Below are positions 1 to 9,036 of a stretch of DNA of 45,384 nt, piece by piece. A model generated the notes under the pieces. It had not been told where the DNA came from. It was given only the letters and a program-made list of their open reading frames with translations, and did not search any database. Position numbers and translations under genes: made by a program. The stretch comes from a virus. Lineage: Duplodnaviria > Caudoviricetes. Location: the IMG/VR virus record IMGVR_UViG_3300022745_000005, positions 1 to 45,384 of that record. One strand, written 5' to 3'. Position 1 is the stretch's first letter. The number at the start of each line of letters is the position of its first letter.

Positions 1-127
1 TTCCTCCAATCCACCCGCAAGGCTGGCCCTGGCACCATGCGCCGCTATTGCCCTGATTGTGGCGTGTGCTTCGACACGAATTCCGGCAGTACCGAGCGCT
101 GCGAGACTTGCGGCCACGCGCATAACC
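1..127. repeat. Terminal direct repeat, left copy (circular assembly overlap)
   Basis: Bases 1-127 are identical to 45258-45384; 127 bp matches a common assembler k-mer length. Confidence 0.95.
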
Positions 128-381
128 TGGAAATGAAACGGATGGAAGCTTACAACCAACCGCCGCGCCCGGATCAACGTTTTCGCCCGCAAGGGCCAGC
201 GGTTAAGGATTTGGTTATCATCCCAGGCGGATTAGATGGCTTTGATGACGCCTACCTGTGGCAAATGGAAATCCCGCCGCTGGTCAAATGCGATCCGAGC
301 ATCGCGGGGTTACGCGCCCTGTATTGTGGCAAAACTGTGGAAATTCTGGCTGATGGGACATTGAAGGAGATAAAAAGATGA
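1..381 (+). CDS. Zn-finger hypothetical protein; true start is probably ATG 45252, across the circular junction
   Basis: CPDC...CETC motif; in-frame ATG at 45252 overlaps the methyltransferase stop (ATGA) and reads MTFLQSTRKAGPGTMRRYC. Confidence 0.65.
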   Translation, partial: FLQSTRKAGPGTMRRYCPDCGVCFDTNSGSTERCETCGHAHNLEMKRMEAYNQPPRPDQRFRPQGPAVKDLVIIPGGLDGFDDAYLWQMEIPPLVKCDPSIAGLRALYCGKTVEILADGTLKEIKR

Positions 382-599
382 CCAACATATACACAATACC
401 AATACCCGAACTTTTGTCTGATCTTGAAGAAACGAATAGGGATATTGCGCTTTGCGAAAGCGTTCTATCAAATGGTGTCCTTGGGTATTCAGGCGGCAAG
501 GTTTCCGAAAGATTGGCAATCAATCGTCAAATCCAAATGAAAATCCTGGTTGAGTTGGAGCGAAGAGACGTTCATATTTTGGAGATGAAAAATGACTGA
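378..599 (+). CDS. Hypothetical protein (73 aa)
   Basis: AAGGAG RBS; ATGA overlap with the upstream gene. Confidence 0.7.
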   Translation: MTNIYTIPIPELLSDLEETNRDIALCESVLSNGVLGYSGGKVSERLAINRQIQMKILVELERRDVHILEMKND

Positions 600-960
600 T
601 TACAACGTGACTGTACCCGAATGGATCAAAATTCTAGGGCTGGAAGACATCCGCGCCCAACTGACCTATAACATCAACCTGGCCGAGAGCGAGAAGGCGC
701 GCGCAGCGCAATGCGAGTTGAAGGCCATCGGCTTACAGCAGGAGCGCGACGAGGCGCGGGTGGAACTAACCGCGGCTACTGCCAATTTAGCCGCAGCGAA
801 TACCGAGATCGTTGATTTGTACAATGCACTTCATGACATTGTTGCAGAAACTCTCGCTCATGACAATACTCCATATATAGCGCTGGCGAAAATCGTAAAG
901 ATTGCAAGTGATGCGCTGGGAATTGAACCTGTTTGGGGAGGCGCCGCAAAATATGAGTGA
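592..960 (+). CDS. Coiled-coil hypothetical protein; C-terminal half shared with 42582..42944
   Basis: GGAG RBS; ANLAAANTEIVDLYNALHDIVAETLAHDNTPYIALAKIV occurs in both genes. Confidence 0.75.
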   Translation: MTDYNVTVPEWIKILGLEDIRAQLTYNINLAESEKARAAQCELKAIGLQQERDEARVELTAATANLAAANTEIVDLYNALHDIVAETLAHDNTPYIALAKIVKIASDALGIEPVWGGAAKYE

Positions 961-1153
961 TACATGGAAAATCAAGAACTGGATTACGGGGGAAGAAATT
1001 GAATTGCCAAAAAGTGATTACAACGAACCGACGAATGTGTGGATCGAGGGGTGGAATGCTGCAATGCAAGGTGATGTTGTAAATCCGTACTCATCTCCAG
1101 ACCCCGAATGGCATGAGTGGAATGATGGCTGGTGGAGCGCGATGGAGGATTGA
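781..1153 (+). repeat. Diverged 373-bp duplicated module, copy A (copy B at 42765..43137)
   Basis: Colinear with no indels; differences are mostly synonymous third positions. Confidence 0.9.
953..1153 (+). CDS. Rmf/CrpP-fold-like small protein, copy A (66 aa)
   Basis: GGAGG RBS; WIEGWNAAMQG..NPY.......WNDGWWSAMED resembles Rmf RGYQAGIAG..CPY......WLGGWREAMAD. Confidence 0.6.
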   Translation: MSDTWKIKNWITGEEIELPKSDYNEPTNVWIEGWNAAMQGDVVNPYSSPDPEWHEWNDGWWSAMED

Positions 1154-1154
1154 C

Positions 1155-1610
1155 ATGAATCTAATTCCTGATCCTTTCGAGAATGTTTGGGCAGATAAAA
1201 ACGGAATTGGCGGGGATGATGATCCTGCGAACTTTCCGACGAAAGAACAGGCCGACAAGATTTTACGAGACTTAGGGTATGACCCCGTAGCCGTGGGATT
1301 TCGCGGCAAAGTTTTTGCTGAAGTTTGCATCCAAACATTGAAACTGCAAGATGAACTCGCTCAGGCCCGCGCCCGCATCGCGCAACTGGAACAGGATATC
1401 GCCCTGCTCGTTAGCAGGCAATGGGTGAGCGTGGAAACCAGGCTGCCAGATAATGACGATCCTGTAATTGTCACTGATGAGATCGGGCAAAACGTTGCAA
1501 TAGGTTGGCTCGTCCATAACGTCGATGCCGGATACTGGACATGGAGAGGGCCTATCAATCGCGTATGTTATTGGATGCCCTACCACGCGCCGGAGGTGGA
1601 TCATGACTAG
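1155..1610 (+). CDS. DUF551-domain phage protein with coiled coil
   Basis: QWVSVETRLP...VIV...RVCYWMP is the DUF551 pattern; GGAGG RBS. Confidence 0.75.
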   Translation: MNLIPDPFENVWADKNGIGGDDDPANFPTKEQADKILRDLGYDPVAVGFRGKVFAEVCIQTLKLQDELAQARARIAQLEQDIALLVSRQWVSVETRLPDNDDPVIVTDEIGQNVAIGWLVHNVDAGYWTWRGPINRVCYWMPYHAPEVDHD

Positions 1611-1818
1611 CATTGCCTATTTCACCCGCCCCTGTCAGGTAGCTGACCTCTACCTGTACCGCATCTATCACGAGCCTGACACCACGCCAACGATGCGCGA
1701 GATGGCGATGGACATGCTCGTTTTGCATGGTCGATATTGCGGATGCATGGAGTGCGTCGATATGGCTAAAAATGACGCTACGGACACGCGGCAAATTACC
1801 CCAAGAATAGGGCTGTAG
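1603..1818 (+). CDS. Hypothetical protein
   Basis: GGAGG RBS before ATG 1603; HGxxCxCxxC motif. Confidence 0.6.
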   Translation: MTSIAYFTRPCQVADLYLYRIYHEPDTTPTMREMAMDMLVLHGRYCGCMECVDMAKNDATDTRQITPRIGL

Positions 1819-1971
1819 GGCCTCAGAATGGCTGTAGGGCGTTTTTTCACCCCCTAATTGAAATAACAGGAATATCCAGAAAATTCCGTTGAAATTAGGG
1901 AAAAACGCTTGTAGCGTCTTATAGGGTCTCAAAGAATTCAGGGAATAAATCGAAAGTATTCGAGGGATAAA

Positions 1972-2289
1972 ATGGATGCAAAAGATTTCAAAATCATTGA
2001 TAGCCGCGCCATTTACATGGCCGGAAAATACGTGGCAGTCGTCCTGCCAGTCATCAAGAAAGATTTTCGCAAAGTGATTGATGACATCGAATATAAAGGG
2101 TCGGCTAAAATCGCCGATCTTTCGGGAAAGCCCTATATTGATTTTATCGACTTGCGCCATGATGACCGAGATGATGAATGGTACATTGATGACGATAGTC
2201 CGGTCGCTGGGGGATTAGATATTGGATTTTCTGATCAAATCGCCAATGAAATCAGAGCAGCGATTGCCTATATCAGGGGGAAGGAATGA
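1972..2289 (+). CDS. Acidic hypothetical protein (105 aa)
   Basis: GAGG RBS; coupled to the next gene. Confidence 0.65.
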   Translation: MDAKDFKIIDSRAIYMAGKYVAVVLPVIKKDFRKVIDDIEYKGSAKIADLSGKPYIDFIDLRHDDRDDEWYIDDDSPVAGGLDIGFSDQIANEIRAAIAYIRGKE

Positions 2290-2498
2290 CCCTCATCCCC
2301 CTGGCCAACCCCCAAACCGCGCCCGAACTGCGCAAGCCCTGCCGGTGCTACAGTGGCGCAACCGATTTGCAAGCGCAGTCATGCGCCGAGCGCACATACC
2401 GTGAGCGAGGGTGGCCGCTGCCCGAGGTGGCGTATCTCGTGAGGGTAAGGGGTGGGTATGAATTGTATTTGCCTGTTGATAAGCAAACCACCGCCTAA
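2286..2498 (+). CDS. Hypothetical protein (70 aa), last plus-strand gene
   Basis: ATGA overlap; ends just before the terminator. Confidence 0.55.
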   Translation: MTLIPLANPQTAPELRKPCRCYSGATDLQAQSCAERTYRERGWPLPEVAYLVRVRGGYELYLPVDKQTTA

Positions 2499-2531
2499 CC
2501 ATTGCGGTAATAGCGCGGTAAATCGTTATAT

Positions 2532-2556
2532 AAACCCCCTCATAACGAGGGGGTTT
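2532..2556. terminator. Probable bidirectional intrinsic terminator between the converging blocks
   Basis: Perfect 10-bp inverted repeat AAACCCCCTC-ATAAC-GAGGGGGTTT. Confidence 0.75.
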
Positions 2557-2580
2557 CGCTTGCCGCCCTGTTGCAAGCCG

Positions 2581-3567
2581 CTAAGATTTACGCCAGGTTT
2601 CGAGCGCCTTTACCTGTGTTTCCAAGTGATTTATTCTCTCACTGGCATCCGTCAATTCACTAGCCCGAGCCTCAAGCCATTTCAAACGGCCTTCAATGTC
2701 AGGGGGGATGATAGGCGGTGGTGGTGGTGGCACGATCCCCAGCCGATCAGTCATTCCGACCATCTCAAATAGTTCCTTGCGCGTGCCCTCGAAGATATCC
2801 AGGTCCAGGCCGGAGGGGATATTGTTACCACTAATCTCTGGGCAGGTAATCGCCTTGCAACCGCCGCCAGTGCCGTGGTATTGCCAGAACCGCTTGTACT
2901 GTTTGGGCTTCGCCGCATTGTCGCCGAACCAAATCGGCGCGTGTCCGGTAATCGGTTGGCGCAATGCTCGCACCTGGGCCAGGTCATTTGCTACAAGCGC
3001 GGGCGTGTCGGTGCGATAATTCGCCGTCCAGATTGCAATTTCGGGATGTTGCTCAAGCCAGGTTACTACGGCCGGCTGCGTGTCGATGAATGACTTCCGC
3101 GAGTAAACGCCGAGGATGATCTTAGGAAACTCGCCGGTCTTTTGCAATGTAACCATGCGATTGCGCAAATCCTCAAGGTAAGCCGCGTTCCAAACATCCC
3201 CGGCGCCTGGCATCTCAACGTCGAACCACAATACCCCGACCGCCTTCCATCCCGATCCCGCGTGCAGGCTTTGCTGGATACAGTTGAGGATAGGGTGATT
3301 GCCGTTGGACTGTTGCGTCATGTTCGTCAAGGTCATTTGTCGATTGGTGTAGTAGCTCGAATTGACCACCCAATAGGCCATGGGTACGGCGCAAGCATCA
3401 TAAAAGGCCTGAATATGCTGCGCGAACTTGCTATCCTTGATCGGGTCGCCGTTGGATACGTTCATCCTGGCGACGCCAAAGTCAATCACCCCAGGCGCGA
3501 ATTTCGCTGCGTCTTGGAAGACGCAGATGTCGGTTCCCCATGCGCGATTATCCCAAATTGAGGACAT
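2581..3567 (-). CDS. Endolysin, glycoside hydrolase family 25 (muramidase)
   Basis: N-terminal D (GTDICVFQ), WFDVE (DxE), GVYS, IWTANY, FWQY and LDLDIF motifs; Pro linker then coiled-coil tail. Confidence 0.8.
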   Translation of the reverse strand: MSSIWDNRAWGTDICVFQDAAKFAPGVIDFGVARMNVSNGDPIKDSKFAQHIQAFYDACAVPMAYWVVNSSYYTNRQMTLTNMTQQSNGNHPILNCIQQSLHAGSGWKAVGVLWFDVEMPGAGDVWNAAYLEDLRNRMVTLQKTGEFPKIILGVYSRKSFIDTQPAVVTWLEQHPEIAIWTANYRTDTPALVANDLAQVRALRQPITGHAPIWFGDNAAKPKQYKRFWQYHGTGGGCKAITCPEISGNNIPSGLDLDIFEGTRKELFEMVGMTDRLGIVPPPPPPIIPPDIEGRLKWLEARASELTDASERINHLETQVKALETWRKS

Positions 3568-3569
3568 GA

Positions 3570-4889
3570 TTATCTCCTATGTGCCATGATGACTAAATCT
3601 AAATCCCCTAACCCAAGCCCTTGCCCTGTGTCACTGATCTGCGCCGAATGACTTTCATTCGTGCCGCCTTCATATCCTGCCCAGGCCGATTTGAGCAGAG
3701 CCAGCGTGGTACAGTTCGCGGTCAAGATGCGTCCCCAATGGTACACGCCACTGCCTGGCGTATATCGATTGTAGTCGATCACGTTTCCTGCCCCGTTGTT
3801 CACGGCCTCCCAGTAAATTCCGCGAGAGGTGGTGCCAAGAAACGTGTTATGATCGATCTGCGCCCCAGCCGTGGTAAGCGCCACACCATCATAATTTGCC
3901 AATACGTGATTTCCCGAGTTGGCATAAATGGTGTTGCTTCTGACCTTGCAGTTGGTGCTGCCCTTCAGGAGGACGGCTGCGTTGGATGATCCCTCCTGGT
4001 TACTCAGGTTGTTGGATAGCACCAGGTTATTTACGCCCTTGTCGATCACACAATGCCCGAGTACGCTGATGTAGCACCCCGAAACCTCCAGGCCGCTGCT
4101 CCCTCCGCCCAATAGCAAGCCGTGATTTCCCTGGCAGGTCATCGAGGTGTTGCGCACGTAACCAGCAGTCGCCAACCCAGTGGTATTGTCAGCTCCGAAT
4201 GCAAAGCCGCGCCCACCAGAAGTGATCTTGCAGCCACTGATATAGACCGTACTGCCTTCGCCAGAGATGGCCCATTGTGTGCCGGTTTTAGCCGAATTGA
4301 TTGTGCAGTTGGTGATCGTAACGGTGGCGACCAGAGTGCTGATCGAGCGAATGTCCAGATGGTTGTGGACTCCTGCAGTATTCCCGGTGAGGGTGCAGTT
4401 TGTCAGAGAATACGCCACCGTTCCTGTCCCTACAAAGGAATGTACGATCAGATAGGCGTCCGCCGTCACCCCATCGTCGGTGATCGTGCAGCCATCGAAA
4501 ACAATCCCGGATAGACTTGTACCGTTGGCGGTGATAAAGATGGTGTACGTCCCGCCTGAGTAGCTGGAAAATGTCAGATTTTTGAAGGTTGTATTGGTTG
4601 ATCCACCATTGATCTGGGTGTTGATGCCTCCGGTTGTCCCGGTGATGATGACGCTGGCCCCATCCACCTCGGGCTGGATGGTTAGTACAGTACCATACGC
4701 TCTGGTAATGCTCAGTTTCGTTGTCTCTGCGTAGGTTCCCGCCCCTACCAACAGCGTGTGTGGCCCGCCTGTCAGCGGAACCCCGCCAGATCCCAGCGCC
4801 TTCGTGAGCGTCAGCCAGGCCGTCGCATGAGAGAGGCCATCACCAGTGCTATCATTCCCAGCGTCTTTGTTGACGTAATAAGTAGTCAT
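3570..4889 (-). CDS. Right-handed beta-helix (pectin-lyase-like) protein; putative tailspike/depolymerase
   Basis: TYYV..AGND..GDG.S.ATAW.TL.KAL N-cap, GAGTY.E, repeated I.NCT/N beta-helix rungs. Confidence 0.75.
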   Translation of the reverse strand: MTTYYVNKDAGNDSTGDGLSHATAWLTLTKALGSGGVPLTGGPHTLLVGAGTYAETTKLSITRAYGTVLTIQPEVDGASVIITGTTGGINTQINGGSTNTTFKNLTFSSYSGGTYTIFITANGTSLSGIVFDGCTITDDGVTADAYLIVHSFVGTGTVAYSLTNCTLTGNTAGVHNHLDIRSISTLVATVTITNCTINSAKTGTQWAISGEGSTVYISGCKITSGGRGFAFGADNTTGLATAGYVRNTSMTCQGNHGLLLGGGSSGLEVSGCYISVLGHCVIDKGVNNLVLSNNLSNQEGSSNAAVLLKGSTNCKVRSNTIYANSGNHVLANYDGVALTTAGAQIDHNTFLGTTSRGIYWEAVNNGAGNVIDYNRYTPGSGVYHWGRILTANCTTLALLKSAWAGYEGGTNESHSAQISDTGQGLGLGDLDLVIMAHRR

Positions 4890-4898
4890 CTCGATCTC

Positions 4899-6074
4899 CT
4901 ATGCGTTGTGCCATTCCAGCGTCGCATTGATATGGACCAGGCTGCTTGTCGCTACGGTCGCAGTTGTCACGACCGCAAGACAGTAGTTACCGTCAGCGGG
5001 CAAAGCGAAGTCCGAACCGCTTACCGATGTTGCGCTCGATCCTGCCGGCGTGGTTACGGTCGTCGTGGCTGATCCTGATACCAGTGTCCCTGTCGTCCAT
5101 ATCTTCACCCCCGCAGCGCCCGCACCACTCGTAACCGGATAAAAGCCAACCGTGAAGTTACCTGTAGGCGCAGTATTGTTAACGCTAATGGTTGCCCGTA
5201 CCCTGAGTTTTGGAGCCAGGGCATTGACGGTAGGAAAGTTTCCCGAGGCGATATTGATAATTTGGATCGGGTACAGTACACCCGTTCCGCTTACTGCCGC
5301 CGGGTCGCCACATCCCAGCATATAGGTTCCTGCTACTTTAGTAGCAATGTGCGAACCTGTCGCAATAATCAGGGTGCGGTATACACCCAAGACCGCATTG
5401 ACCAGCGTACTTGTGGCGGTAGATACGGGCTTTGCGGCATCGCTCGTGTTGTTGCAGTTGCCTAATCCTACGTGGGTAGCCGTGATGCCTGTAGGCGTGC
5501 CCGTAAAGGCGGGGGAATTTATGGGGGCTTTCAGGTCAAGCGCCGTTTGCGTAGCGGTAGAAATTGGCTTTGACGCATCCGATGTATTATTGCAATTCCC
5601 CAGCCCTACATGAGTAGCAGTTATTCCGGTAGGAGTTCCGGTAAAAGCTGGCGAATTGATAGGCGCTTTCAAATCCAGGGCGGTCTGGGTCGCCGTGGAA
5701 ATTGGCTTCAACGCATCCGTAGTATTGTCGCAGTTTCCAAGTCCTACGTCCGACTTACTTACGGTTACGTCTGCTGTCAAATCATGCCCCGCAACTTTGC
5801 GTGAGGTGGCAACCCCTCCCAATCCCTCAAGTGTCTGGTCACCCGTGTTAGAGCCAGTCACAAGGGCCAGTGCGGTACTATTGCCATGCGTATGACGCGC
5901 CGTGTCGCCGTGTTTGTGATCGTTGCGGGCGTAGTTTGTGCCTACCCCTACTGCATCTGAACCGTCCAGGGATACCACGGAACTAGCGGGTGTTCCGCTC
6001 CCGGTGGATACAGGCGCTCTCTCAATGTCTTTGATCTTGCGCGTCAATTTGCGAATATCTTCTTCGAGGCTCAT
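4899..6074 (-). CDS. Tail fibre protein with VGLGNxxNTxD repeats
   Basis: T/A/G/S-rich; 46-aa repeats; ATG 6074 overlaps the upstream stop. Confidence 0.75.
   Translation of the reverse strand: MSLEEDIRKLTRKIKDIERAPVSTGSGTPASSVVSLDGSDAVGVGTNYARNDHKHGDTARHTHGNSTALALVTGSNTGDQTLEGLGGVATSRKVAGHDLTADVTVSKSDVGLGNCDNTTDALKPISTATQTALDLKAPINSPAFTGTPTGITATHVGLGNCNNTSDASKPISTATQTALDLKAPINSPAFTGTPTGITATHVGLGNCNNTSDAAKPVSTATSTLVNAVLGVYRTLIIATGSHIATKVAGTYMLGCGDPAAVSGTGVLYPIQIINIASGNFPTVNALAPKLRVRATISVNNTAPTGNFTVGFYPVTSGAGAAGVKIWTTGTLVSGSATTTVTTPAGSSATSVSGSDFALPADGNYCLAVVTTATVATSSLVHINATLEWHNA
5410..5747 (-). repeat. About 2.5 copies of a 138-bp (46-aa) coding repeat
   Basis: VGLGNC units start at 5747, 5609 and 5471. 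Confidence 0.9.
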
Positions 6075-6412
6075 AGAATATTCTTCCGTATCCACTGCGT
6101 TACCAGTTTTACGCTGGCGCTCTCGTCTTCCGTAATGTCCATTGTCTCGAAGCCCATCTGTTGCGCCCGATTGTGTTTGTACTCATCATCCAGGGCCATC
6201 TTTCCCCCATGCCAATGCTTGCCCTGCACGTACAGCGCAATGGGCCGGGGTGGGACATAAACAATAAAGTCAACCACCTGCCCACCCCGGACATTGCGCC
6301 CCCCATCCAGCGGAACCTGAAAAGCAAAGTCGATCTTAGCCCGTCCCAGCGCCGTGTAAACGTTCTGTTCGTTGATGCTCCCAAAGGTAACGGGCGGCGC
6401 TTGATTGCTCAT
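6071..6412 (-). CDS. DUF559/Vsr-like endonuclease-fold protein
   Basis: F.FQVP...VVDFIV....IALYVQG.HWH......D......QMGF pattern. Confidence 0.6.
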   Translation of the reverse strand: MSNQAPPVTFGSINEQNVYTALGRAKIDFAFQVPLDGGRNVRGGQVVDFIVYVPPRPIALYVQGKHWHGGKMALDDEYKHNRAQQMGFETMDITEDESASVKLVTQWIRKNIL

Positions 6413-9036
6413 TTTTCCCAGATAACCATCGTTGCAATGTACTTGGCCCGGCGTGTCTCGGTTGCCCCGCGTGGGTCCAGCGTGTCCTGTATCTCAATCG
6501 GCGCGACGGAAGGCGGTTCGATAAAGACATACTTACCCGACCAGGGAGCGTACTCCTGTTCGGCATAGATGGGATGCGCCCGCGTCCGGCTGTCTGCCCA
6601 TTCCATGAGCTTGTCAAGCTGCGTGTCTGCTGAGGTGGTCGAGCGATTGCCCTGCAAATCAAGCGGGTTATCTTCGATCAAGAAGGTCAGGGTGTAGCTA
6701 TTCTTGGGAGGGATGCGTACGACGCAGTTGATTAGTTCCGCTTTGAGGCGCGGGTACTTGGTTGGGTCATCCGTGTACAGCGTGATCTTTTCGCGCCAGC
6801 GTAGGCCGGTGACGTTGTTCGTCGCGGATAAATCCATCTCCTGCCCCGGCGAGTGGTGGAAGGTTTCAGCGGAAGGCATCGCCGTCCAACTGGTCGAGGT
6901 GTCAGTCTGGAATTCCATCGTAATGTACTGGTGGGTGGTATCCAGGTTCTCGGTGAACAGTTTCACGCTGTCCCAATACTTCGTAATGTCGCGGAAGTTG
7001 CCATACTTCCAACTGCCAATGACGTAGCCGCCGCTAAAGTAGGTATAGCCGGTTGCCTTGCGCGCGTTGGATGCAAGAGGTATCCAGTAAATATCTTCTT
7101 CCTCGCTGATCCAAAGGCGGTCAACTGTATCCCCTGGTAAGACCTGAATATGCAAACGCCGGATGCGCTTACCGTATGCGCCTTGATAGATTTGATGCCA
7201 GCCCGTTCCGTTGTAGCACATGATCGAACTGTAACCCGTAACGCCTGCGTCAATCGCCGCATACAACCGGCCTGGGTAGGAAATGATATGAACCACCGTA
7301 CCCTTACAGGTTCCGGTGTTACCACCAATCGTTCGGGAGGCAGACATACCTTCATCCCGGTTCGGACCCATGTCGTCTAACTTCTGGTCATAGTAACGTT
7401 CCAGCCCCTTGCCCATCGAGAGGTAAAGGTATACGCCATTCTGACACCAGGCGCGACCATTGGATTCATCCTTGACGGTCGCCATCTCTCCCAATGGAAC
7501 TGGAGCATAAACGGTCTGAGCGTTATTGATCGACCCGAATTGATCTTCTTTCATCACCCAAACAAGGTTATCGTACAGCGCGAGATTGGTAATGTTGGAA
7601 TTATTCGAGCCGCAAGTAACCGAACTTCCAAAAGACAGAGGGTCGGTAACGCTGGAAAAATCAACAATCGAGGTTGCGGCAGTAGCCCGTACAACTTTCC
7701 TTGTTCCGGCGTCGTTGTACCAAAGCTTGAGGAAGTCGGCCTTGTTGCTGTTGTCATCCTTCCAGGTAAAGCCGGTTGTCGTCCAGGCCCCGCGCCGGAT
7801 GTTGGTTGCATCGCCCATCGCAAAGTAAACAACGTCATCCACGACGCACACATCCGTAATGGGTTTGGTCATCCCGTGGCCGGTGATTTTCTGCCATGTG
7901 TCACAACCAAGGATGACGAAATTAGTCGAGGTGCTATGAGTTGTCTGCCATTCGGGGGTCACGGTAATGGTGTCGTTCGTTCCGCTTTGGGTATTACTAA
8001 CAATCGTGCGCCAGTTGGTAGCCTCGCCCTTGCCAGGTCCGGATACGATCTTTACAATCTTCCCTGCGAGGTTCACATTGGCGAGGTTGAGGGAGGTAAA
8101 CATTTGATTTCGTTGATTGGTATTTGCCAGGCGAGTAGGACCCCGATACCCATTCATCCACAGATTAGGCGCTGTATCATCATCTCCCCTATTGACTGTA
8201 TATAAAGCATTTTTCATCTCAAAGAAAATTGCATTTCCCTTACCCCTACCATTCAAATAGTAAGCCAGGGTAGTATTCGATGCGGATAATGTCCAACTTC
8301 CTGGGCCTCCCGTATAAAGGCTAATTCCTGTACTAGAACCTTTATAAAATTTATTATCAGTAGTAGTCCCCAACCCAATTACTGTTCTCAGGGTAAATGA
8401 AATCCAGTATTTTTTCGAGGCTTCTAAAGAATAATAAATTAAGATCGACGTTGTGTTTGGACTAAAATTCCCGTAATCAGATGTTCCGCTAGCCAGTAAA
8501 GTGTTAGGACCCGAGCTATCAGAATAGAGCTTGACATCGATAACGCATTTATCTTCGGGAAGATTTCCAGCGTAGATATATGAAAATATTACATTTCGCA
8601 AATCAAAGGCCGCTGTCGTAGTAAAAGAAGAAGCCCATTCCGATAATTCATATACGGTATGTTCCGTAGACCCTGATTTTACAATATCATAGGATGTCGT
8701 TGTCGTTGCCGACGGCCCCGGTATCACATCCCCTGGGTTGGTCGTGTCAATGCGGTAGCCTTCCAGGTAGCGGGTTGCATCGGCTAAGTCCTCCTGCCCA
8801 ATACCGGCGCTCCAATCCTCCTGCACCATCGTACTGTAGGGTAATTCCAGGTCGCCATAACCGCCACTCGTCCCTTGCGCAATGCGCATGACGGTGCGCG
8901 GGTTAGAGAACTGCTGTATCCCTAACTCGTTTACCCGCCCCGTCCGGTCGCACAGCGTAAGCCCCAGGGTTGTCGTGCCGTCGGTCAGGGTGAGGTGGTT
9001 GGTGTTGCGCTTGCCGGTCGGGGTGGCTGTGGGCAT
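6409..9036 (-). CDS. Putative tail nozzle / tail tubular protein B-like structural protein (875 aa)
   Basis: Size, beta-rich W/Y/D content and position between adaptor and fibre in a podovirus-like order. Confidence 0.55.
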   Translation of the reverse strand: MPTATPTGKRNTNHLTLTDGTTTLGLTLCDRTGRVNELGIQQFSNPRTVMRIAQGTSGGYGDLELPYSTMVQEDWSAGIGQEDLADATRYLEGYRIDTTNPGDVIPGPSATTTTSYDIVKSGSTEHTVYELSEWASSFTTTAAFDLRNVIFSYIYAGNLPEDKCVIDVKLYSDSSGPNTLLASGTSDYGNFSPNTTSILIYYSLEASKKYWISFTLRTVIGLGTTTDNKFYKGSSTGISLYTGGPGSWTLSASNTTLAYYLNGRGKGNAIFFEMKNALYTVNRGDDDTAPNLWMNGYRGPTRLANTNQRNQMFTSLNLANVNLAGKIVKIVSGPGKGEATNWRTIVSNTQSGTNDTITVTPEWQTTHSTSTNFVILGCDTWQKITGHGMTKPITDVCVVDDVVYFAMGDATNIRRGAWTTTGFTWKDDNSNKADFLKLWYNDAGTRKVVRATAATSIVDFSSVTDPLSFGSSVTCGSNNSNITNLALYDNLVWVMKEDQFGSINNAQTVYAPVPLGEMATVKDESNGRAWCQNGVYLYLSMGKGLERYYDQKLDDMGPNRDEGMSASRTIGGNTGTCKGTVVHIISYPGRLYAAIDAGVTGYSSIMCYNGTGWHQIYQGAYGKRIRRLHIQVLPGDTVDRLWISEEEDIYWIPLASNARKATGYTYFSGGYVIGSWKYGNFRDITKYWDSVKLFTENLDTTHQYITMEFQTDTSTSWTAMPSAETFHHSPGQEMDLSATNNVTGLRWREKITLYTDDPTKYPRLKAELINCVVRIPPKNSYTLTFLIEDNPLDLQGNRSTTSADTQLDKLMEWADSRTRAHPIYAEQEYAPWSGKYVFIEPPSVAPIEIQDTLDPRGATETRRAKYIATMVIWEK

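Noticed and set aside
1-127. Biological terminal repeat or att site
   Set aside because: The exact 127-bp length and its position mid-gene fit an assembler overlap
781-1153. Possible DGR template/variable repeat pair with 42765-43137
   Set aside because: Differences are not adenine-specific (many C/T changes at third positions), both copies are coding, and no reverse transcriptase is present
1811-1971. GGCTGTAGGGC direct repeat and AT-rich gap as a CRISPR or regulatory array
   Set aside because: Only two 11-bp copies, with no repeat-spacer periodicity and no convincing ORF or structure
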